A model generated the notes under the pieces. That model saw only the letters and a list, made by a program, of their open reading frames with translations. It was not told the origin of the DNA and made no database searches. A DNA stretch of 64,000 bases, from positions 4,307,689-4,371,688 of the forward strand of contig CAJFCJ010000005.1 of NCBI GenBank assembly GCA_904063045.1, in the 5' to 3' direction. Shown here piece after piece: positions 54,662-64,000 of this stretch (positions are counted from its first letter, which is position 1; each line of letters opens with the position of its first letter). The stretch is from Dimorphilus gyrociliatus (taxonomy: Eukaryota > Animalia > Annelida). The translations under genes and the position numbers were made by a program.

Positions 54662-57078
54662 CGTTTTTTTATATTAGCAATTCTTTGCTCTCTCGCTCTC
54701 TCTCTCTCTCTCTCTGTCTACTTTTTGTACTTTTACGAATGATAAGTGAAACATGTATACGTTAATGGGTGTATACAAAACCTAATGCTATCAATATACA
54801 CAAACTATCCTGACAGATGTATACAATTGCGTTCTCTGTCTCTCTAGTTCTGTTTTTTGCCTATGAATATCTACCCCCAATAAACTGTATATAGAGGGTA
54901 TTTACTGGTTATAATGGTCTAAAGATATGAAAATGCATTATACTATTCTATATACAGTAGATAATAAAATATTATAAAAATTGTTTCTTTGCTTGTGTTC
55001 TCTCTTTCTGGTCACTTTTCTTCGTCTATCCTCTTTCGATAACGTTATTTTTGTACTCTGTCTGCTTATAATATTCATATATCCTATATCCATCTATCAA
55101 TCTATCTATATTTAAAATGTCGCTTGCTTTTTATCACAGAGATTGGAAATTGAATTTCTAATCCTTTGCCTCATATGACTTTTGCTAGACTTCGTCCTAT
55201 TACGATTTAGGGTGTCTTTCTTTTTACTTTGCCTAGTTTATTTCAGATGTTGGCTGAGTTTTATCTTTTTTAAGTTTAGTATAAACACTTTGTTTGTCAT
55301 TCCTAGTTCAGTTGTTCTTCTCCTGTCTGTGAAATTTTAATGAAAGGAAGAAGAAGAAGAAGAAGAAGAAGGAAATAAATTAGAAATTTGCTAACTTTGA
55401 AATGTTTCTAAGAAAAATGAAAAAATGAAAAAAAGGTGCTAACTAAACAAATTTTATGTTTTAAATATGACAAATGGAATTATACAGAGAAATAAGCATG
55501 CTGGTTTATAAATATCTATCTATATATGTATGCATAGAAATCTATTATATAATGAATTATTGTTTATTTACTGAAATAAATTGCGTATGAACACGGGAAA
55601 GAAGGGAAAATTAGACAAAACAAAATTCGGTTCATTACGTAATAATAGACATGATCTTAACATATAAAAGGTATATTGCGTATATTGTATATATATATAT
55701 TTATTTCTCGTAATGAATGACTAACGAAGGAGAAGATGAAATGTTCTAAAAAGGGAATCGAGCGAGAAGAGTTTCTTTCCACCATCTTTTTTTTTTAATA
55801 CTGTTTCCTCTTTGAATAAAAATTTAAATATTGATAATTGACGTCTAGTCTAATTTAATTATTATTATTTCTAGTCACGCAATGACAAGATGAACGTTCA
55901 ACCTATTTGTTAATGCTTAATTAAAGGTAATTTCCGTTAGGGTTGCCCGTATTTTGACCATGGAAAAACCATTGCTGTACTTGGCTACGCCCTCGCAAAA
56001 AATTGCAGTCGACGACGGCAAAGAGCTTCATTACTACGCCATCGCTTGTAGAGAATACAGCTATGTGATCGACCGCTAATACATTCTATTTCGTTGCGTC
56101 CACACAAAAATATTTCGTGTTCTTGAGGTTCAACTCTAAAATATCATGGTGAGGATTAATAGCTTATTAGGTGTATTTAAAAAAAAAAAAGAGACTAGCT
56201 GTCCATGTGTGCCAATGAGCATTTGACGCCGCATTCGTTCTATTTAGACGTGCATGTTTTTTATACGTATAAATAATCACTAGCCGTGTCTGTCTCTTTT
56301 AAATCTCTAAGTCCCTGTATTTTTTGTGTGCGTGTGTATGTTTCGTTTTGGTGTTTTAAACAGGCAAATCGTCTATTTCTTTGTAAATTTAAATCAAGGA
56401 CGATTAAGGTGCAAAAGAAAAGCTCTCATTCCATTGTATCTTGTCCCTCCCTCTCTCCTATGCTTTGTACATTGTAATGCATACTTAATATACACGAAGA
56501 TGTCAACGTGGTGTTTGCATTTTTTTCCCTCCCTACTTTAATTTATGAGAAAAGGAAATGAAATTTATATTTTCCCTCTTTTCCTCTATCTATCTCTCCC
56601 TCCCTTCTTCCCTTCCTTCCTTTCTCTTTCCTTCTCCTTTGCTCTTATATATTTTCATCTATTTCGCTGACATTTTTTGTGCATATATGCAGTAGATTAA
56701 AAACACGAGAGCTAAATATGGACTGCACTTGGCCTAAACCCTTTTCATCTGGATATGTATGCATTCATTTCTATATATATGTACAGCATATATATATACA
56801 TTTTATACATACATGCAAATAAGCGTACATACCTATATTTTTTAGTTTATTACCAGTTTTCATTCTAAGAGTCATTTTCTTATTCGTAGTTGAATGGTTA
56901 GTTAAAATATTATGTAAAGTAGAACATTTAAATGCATTAGAATCGTAGTTAGATGTATAATTTATGTCGTTATCCGGTCTTATTAAATATCAGTTTCACG
57001 TATATCCTTCCCTGTTTCGTTTTTTAGTAAAATTTACATTTACGCATGTTGTTTATCGTCTTTACTGCATAACAGAGA

Positions 57079-57114
<36 letters not shown>

Positions 57115-58129
57115 GATGATGATGATGGGAAGAAATAAATGTAGGAGAGAGTTTGTAACGCTCACAAAATATATAATCCTTTACCGTCTTCCTACTCTGT
57201 CTATCTGTCTGTCTAACTGTCTTTTTTTTCCTTTTCTCCTTCTTCCTCTCTTCACCCACCCACCCCACCCACTCCCCACCTTCTCTACTTCTTGATAAGC
57301 CGATCTCTCTTTCTCCTATTTCTAGTCTGTTTTTTATTTTCTACAAATCCAATTTGTCCACCCAAAAAAGAAAAAAAAACAGGCCAGGTTCCTTTTCTAC
57401 CCTGGTCCGTACGCAAACAAGGTCAAATGCTTTCGACGCCGCTCTCTAGCCAAAATCTATTTTGACATAACGTATTACAAAAGTTTTTACGATATTGCCT
57501 ACCCAACCTATACATTCTTTTGTCGAGGAATGCCACAAGGAAGCCAAGGTAGCTCTATAAAGTTCCGTTTATTTTGACCTTTTAAGGGCAAGCCGCACCC
57601 TAAAGAAACTCAATTATATACATATTTGGGATAAAAGAGCAAGAGTAGGGAATTTCTTCAGGGGCAGATTGTCAATTAATCTATGCTTCTCTAAAAGAGG
57701 AAAAATATCATTCTATTGAAAATAAATAAGGAAATAAGAAAAGCTAAAGCAGCCGTCAAAAAACAAATCAGCAATAAAACTTATATTCTTCTCCTTCTTC
57801 TTTGCCCCCACTCTCTATGCTAAAAGGAATAAGGAAAAAAAACCAATCGTTACAGTTTCTTTCACTTTTTCTCTAGTCCTACCAATTTCCTCTCTGCAGC
57901 AAACTGTGCAATGCGAGAAATTCGTATCGAATGATGTTGTCACGCAGAAATTCTTTCGAAAGGGTCGTACAAGAGTGTTTTTAGGGAAGAGAGCGAATGT
58001 GAAAGAGTAAGAGGATGAAAGAGAGGGAAGAAGGAAGAGAAGTGGGAACGAACAAGAGAGAAAGAAGTAGAATGTAAGAAATTCTTTTGAATGATTGAAT
58101 GAGCGAAGGAAAGAAGATGAAAAAAAGCC

Positions 58130-58163
<34 letters not shown>

Positions 58164-58311
58164 CAGTAATCTCTTAAAGCCGGGCGTTTTTTTTTCTTTT
58201 TCATTTTTTATTTTTTATTATAAAATAGTTAATTCTAAACCTATAATCCTAACGCAGTCATCCAATTAGGCGTCATAGGTATATTTGAAGCATTATAGAG
58301 AGGGCGAGAGA

Positions 58312-61300
58312 ATGTTTTCTTCGTAAATGGAATGCACGTGATGTCGGTTGATTAAAAAATTTTCTTTGTTTTTCATTTTTGCAGTAGGATATTACTTTAA
58401 TAAAATAAACTCTTTCTATCTTCATTCATTGTATGGTTTCTGTTTCAGAGCGCTCCGGAGGTCGGAAAAGAGGAGGTCAAACAAATTTGGAAAGGCAAAA
58501 CACTCCTTTTCCAATCGTTTAGACTGTCTGACGGATTCTGGCAGCATTAAAAGTAAAAAAAATAGGATGAGAGGATCGAGTAAAAGTTCCGGACGTCCCA
58601 TACCCATTCCTTTAGAACCTCTTAAAGAAGGCCATAGAATTGATCCGCTGGAAAGACTATTTCTTGAGGCAGCTGAAAGGGGAGATAAACATACAGTTAT
58701 AAGATGTCTGCACGGTCCAAGGCCTGTCAACGTTAATTGTACAAATATTCTCGGCAGAAGCGCCATTCAAATAGCGGTTGATAACGAGAATGTGGAATTA
58801 GTCGAACTACTACTCAAGCAGGACGGTGTTCGAATAGGGGATGCCCTCCTTTACGCTATCCGCGAAGGCGTCTACAGAATCGTCGAGATGCTAATCGATC
58901 ATCCGTCCATAACTAGGGACATGTTGGGTAACGCTTGGGCTGGTTATAAATTGGAAGAAAACTCTGGAATCGAAAGTTCTGATTATTCGCCGGATATCTC
59001 ACCAATAATGCTTGCTGCCCATTGCAATCAGTTTGAAATTTTGCAGCTGTTAATCTCCAGAGGTGCCCGAATAGAAAAACCCCATAGGCTTACTTGTTCA
59101 TGTACAAGATGTAAGGAGGAGGTGCAGTCCGACTCTCTGAGATACTCCTTATTACGGATCAATACATACAAGGCCCTCGCCAGTCCGGCATGGATTTCCC
59201 TAACGAGTCCTGATCCAGTTTTATCTGCTTTTAAACTTTCTTGGGATCTGGAAAAATTGGCTATGAGAGAGAATGAATTCAAGGATATCCTTAATGAACT
59301 GAGTGAACAGTGTAAAAAATATGCTTGCGACCTCCTCGATCAGTGCAGATCTAGCGAGGAGGTTATTGCGGTCCTAAATAAATCATCCGATAGCGACAAC
59401 GAAGGCGATGATTCGGACGAAGAGGTCGATTGCGAGAGGCTGACTCTTGACAGGCTGAAAGAGGCCCTCAAGTACGAACAAAAGCAGGTTAGAGGCATAT
59501 CGTTACTATCCGCTTCAGTGCCGTCATATATACAGGGTATATGGATTATAACGGGCTCCAGAGATAAATTGCTCTAGATGGTATTGAAAAAGATCAATTT
59601 ATACTCTCATTTCCTTCCCCATGACGCATCTTTTCCCGTTATTTATAGTTAAATACTAGAAAACATCATACACCAATGTTACGCCTTCCTTGCGTCCTCT
59701 CGTTTAACATTTGCGGTCGCTAGTACTGCCCAATACGTGCCAGTTAGGTCTAACCAGTCTAGTTGGTGGTCGATCAGTGGACTAGTTAAGAAAGAAAGAA
59801 AGAGAGAGAGAGAGATCGATACGAGTTGACCAGAAAAAAGTCCTCAAAGAAAAAGCAATGCGTCTAATTTAACAACTGTATTTTTCATTTAACTAGAGAT
59901 GTAGTGGGTGAGGTGGGAGAGTGTTGAGTAGAAGAGTGGATGGAGAAGAAAAAAAATTACTTGGGCATGGTAGTAGGAATTACTGAGAGGATGTCGTTAA
60001 TACAGGGAAAGCATGGTACTGTCGTACTATAATACGAGCTGAAAGATTCTAATAGAAAGGATCACGAGGGTGAGGAAAAAAGGGAAAAATTTCTTGCCAA
60101 ATATATATGTAGACATATATATAGTAGTATATATTGTAATATATTAGTAATAAAATTAGGCAGAGAGAGAGAGAGAGAGTGAGTGGGAGGGGCAGAGAAA
60201 GAAAGAAAGAGTAAGGGGTAATGGTCGTAGGATAAAGAATTTAACCAAGAATTTTTACCTTTTGTTTACAGTTTGTCGCCCATCCTCATTGCCAACAATT
60301 ACTCGCTTCAATATGGTACGAAGGTTTACCAGGATGGAGGAAAAGCAATTTCTTTGTTAGAACAGTCATAATCGTCATACTTATCGCTCTTATGCCTTTA
60401 ATGGCCGTCTACTATCTCATTTTCCCAAGATCCCGATTGGGTCAGTTAATTAGGAGTCCATTTATGAAATTTATGTATCATTCGGCGTCATTCGGAGTAT
60501 TTCTATTCCTGTTGATATTGGCCTCGATAAATATGGGTTCTCGGGAACAAACTCAAATACAGAGGAAACAACGGCGAGGTCCTGCCTTGAGTCCTCTCGA
60601 ATGGCTAGTCTTCCTCTATGTAATAGGTAAACGATAATTTCCTCTACTTGAAGGAATAAATTACAACTCTATTAGATAATTGGTATTCATTACTAATTGA
60701 TCTTATATCGATTAGCCTCGCTTATCATCAGAGAATATCTTGAACATTTCAGGCCTATTTAGGAAAGTCTCTAATGCTCTCTAATCTAATAAAGAGAAAA
60801 CGAGACAGAGACAAACGAAGAAATAGATAGGAGGAAATAAATGGGAGAGAAGAAATCTAGTTTAGTTCTTTTATTTGAATTGTATGTATAGTATACTGCT
60901 GTATATTATGCTTTGAGAGTATAGGACTTGAAGGGATATTTTTTATTACTGATAATGATTTTAGCATAATACGGGAGGGGGATATACTTTAATCGTATCA
61001 TGTACTTTAGACGATTAAAACAAAACAAGAAGAGAGAGAGAGAGAGAGAGAGGCGGAGGGGAGGGTGAGAGGGGAAAGGGAAAAAGAGAATGAACGAATA
61101 TGTGAATGAATGATACAGAACAGAATTATTCTTTCTACCCAACAGGCTTCATATGGAGTGAATGCAAACAGCTGTGGGATGAGGGCTTAAAGGCTTACAT
61201 CCGCCAATGGTGGAATTGGCTAGACTTTATTATGCTTTCTTTATATTTGTGCACGTTTACTCTTCGATTTGTCGCTTTTATACATTCTTTGGACGAAGAA

Positions 61301-62280
61301 CAGTATGGACCAAAAATGTTACCAAGGACCAAGTGGCCGAGTAACGATCCAACTCTTGTCTCTGAAGGAGTTTTCGCGATAGCCAACGTCTTCTCCTTTG
61401 CTCGAATTATTTATTTATTCCAAGCTAATCCAACGCTCGGTCCGCTCCAGATTTCTCTTGGTTGCATGCTAATTGATATTGGAAAGTTTCTATTTATATT
61501 CTTTCTCGTTTTAACATCATTCGCCTGCGGCCTCAACCAATTGTACTACTATTACACGGATTCTGATAAAACTCAAGGCGCCGTTATTGTCGATAACGGA
61601 AAGGAATACGAGAACGCTTTTGATCCGTAAGTACATTTAAACTTTATACAACAACTGTGCGCTACTCTTCTCCCCCTCCCTTCATCCTCCGTCTTCCCCA
61701 GGCTTTGTCGCGCTCCCCTTTCTTCGTCTAACAACCATTTTATTATTCCCTTAATTCCTTCCGACCTTTTCTCCCCTGTCCCTCCCACCTCTCCTCCCGC
61801 CTCCTCTTCCTACTTGCCTGTACTTTTGCCGTATAATACGGATACTGGTACTGTTACTACAATCACCACAACGGCTACTGCTACTACTACTACTATTACT
61901 ACTACTTTTACTATTACTATTACTATTATTACTATTATTGAGTTTATAGTTTTATTAGCTACTGTAGCGATTACTATTACAAAATTCTACTATCCTAAAG
62001 ATGAAAATTAAAGGAAGCAAATCACAATAGCAGCTTGTGCTACTTTTTTAGTTTTAGTAGTAGAAGTAGTATTTAATTATTCCCTATCTATTTTTCTTTC
62101 CTTCTTTCTCTTTCTTTATCAATCTCTATCTATCTATCTATCTGTCTATCTATCCAGCTCTTCTATTCCATTCTTTAACTTTTAAATATTTCTACTTTTA
62201 CTTCTGACGAATCCTTTAGCTTATTTGCTTCTCTTTTTCTCTAATTTTCTACCCTTTCGTTTGATCCTCAATCCCTTCCT

Positions 62281-62317
<37 letters not shown>

Positions 62318-63749
62318 CATTCTACATCCTATTACTCTCTCCCCCCCGTTCTTAATCGTCGTATAGCTTGTCACTTTGTACCCAACCTTCCTAAGCTTCA
62401 CTGCGAATTTTCCTCGTTGCCCTCCCTCCGCAATCGGTAATATTGTATAAAGTATATACAATATGAGAGAAAGTGTGTAAACACTAGACAGTAGCATTGC
62501 CTATAGGAAGATAGGGAAGAGAGGGAAGAGAAGAAATTTTCTAAAAGCGACTATATAATAGATTAGTAAGTTTATAAATTTATGGAGGAAAGTTCTATTG
62601 GTGCTAATGAACAATCATAGAAGTCTATAGATCTGACATGGTAACTAGTTGATATATACTGTATATTGTATATACTTCGCAATGCCTACCTCCCCCTACC
62701 CCCTTCCCCCTCCGCCCATCCCCTCCCAAAAAAAAACAATATAACATATACATAAATACGTATTTATTACGTAAAACTTGATTCTCTTCTTACTTGCTAA
62801 TTCTTATCATGACGATAAGTAAGATTCTTATTATTTTTCATCGAAATCTTCATCTTTTTTATAAATTAAAAAAAAAAGAAAAGAAAGAAAAAAAAAACGA
62901 TAATAGTAAAAATGATAATAAAAAAGAAAACCTTATTGATTTTTCTTTATTTTGCATATATATTTAGTTTTTTTTTCTTCTTCTTCTTTGTTTGTTTTTT
63001 TCTTTCTTTTCCTTTTTTTTACTTTCTTTATCTTATCTTATCTTTTTGTTTTTTTTAACTTAATCCAAAATTATTAATAAGGAATATAAAAACCTCTTTT
63101 TCATATTTTTCCTCTCCTTTTTACCTTTATTTTTTCTATTTTATTGATTTAATTGTCTGATTTTATTTCTTTCTTCTTTTCCTTCTCTTTTTCCGTATCT
63201 ATTTAACAGACCATCTTCCAATCTTTCTTTCAATCTTCCACTGTACAGTATATCTATGTGGATCTGTTTATCTGTACGTATGTTTGTTTGTATGTGAACG
63301 GAGGGGTTATGCATTATTGCTAAGCCAAATTGACCAGAATCTTGCGCATTACGTTGTCGTATTAATCAGTTAACTTTGGAAAAGTATAAATCTTTCGTAT
63401 TCCGTCTCTAGAGAAGCAATTTACGTCGTTTATTCAATTTCCGTTTGCCAAACACGACTGAGAATTTTTCGTACAGCGTCTCTCCAGGCATTAATTTAAC
63501 ACGATTCTTTAAAATAAATCGTTGACTGACAGTTTTTCACCAATTTCCCAAAGCTTGCCTCAAAGCTATATAACTCTATTCTGGGGATTGTTCGGCCTGA
63601 CATCCCTGAACACTGTCCGTCAAGGTCCGATGCAGGATTTTACAAAGACCATTGGGGAAGTTCTTTTAATGGCTTACCACGCACTCGGCGTTATAATGCT
63701 TATAAACATGTTAATTGCTATGATGTCAAATTCATTTCAAGATATAGTG
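58312..63749 (+). CDS. TRPC: Canonical short transient receptor potential channel (TRPC family), 5' part; continues beyond the window
   Basis: Exons 58312-58322 (tentative MFSS start), 58449-59487, 60272-60626, 61146-61626 and 63554-63749 are in phase. Ankyrin repeats ([30 protein letters not shown]), TRP_2 motif [21 protein letters not shown]-like segment, [17 protein letters not shown], pore helix LFWGLFG and S6 [13 protein letters not shown]. Confidence 0.97.
61850..61985 (+). repeat. (TAC/TAT)n trinucleotide low-complexity tract in a TRPC intron
   Basis: Directly visible. It explains the poly-Thr/Ile ORF 61814-62011. Confidence 0.85.
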
Positions 63750-64000
63750 GTACGGTTTCATTTTTTATTTTATTCTTTTGTTGTAGAAGCAACTTTTTTT
63801 CACTTTGATTTTTTTTTTCATTCTCTTTCTCTTTCTTTCGTTTTTTCTTTCTTTCTTTTTTACAATTTGTTTTTTTTTCTGCTTTTCACTTGATCATTTT
63901 TCAACTGCAAAACTATTTCTATGTTTTATAACTAGAACTATATGCATCTACTTATACGAATGTGTGTTATGGATACTGTATAACTTACTAATTAACTAGA

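Overview
AT-rich, microsatellite-rich animal genomic DNA with canonical GT-AG introns, many of them 45-100 nt. It is not prokaryotic; I saw no CRISPR array, rRNA, tRNA or transposase. Exon chains rebuilt by hand from splice sites and frame continuity give these genes. Minus strand: a small single-pass membrane protein, a calpain-like pseudo-protease that appears to have lost all three catalytic residues, PI4KB, a C2H2 zinc-finger gene and an amino-acid transporter. Plus strand: FBXO9, OFD1 (24 exons), a 17-exon secreted, probably GPI-anchored cysteine-rich protein with an ShKT exon, and the 5' part of a TRPC channel. OFD1 carries two antisense genes inside its introns: a divergent TALE-class homeobox gene and an orphan 289-aa ORF. 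Only OFD1, the transporter and TRPC are partly visible in the ORF track; the ShKT gene is essentially absent from it. The TALE gene suggests a spiralian invertebrate host (inference). All homology calls come from motif recognition, not database searches.
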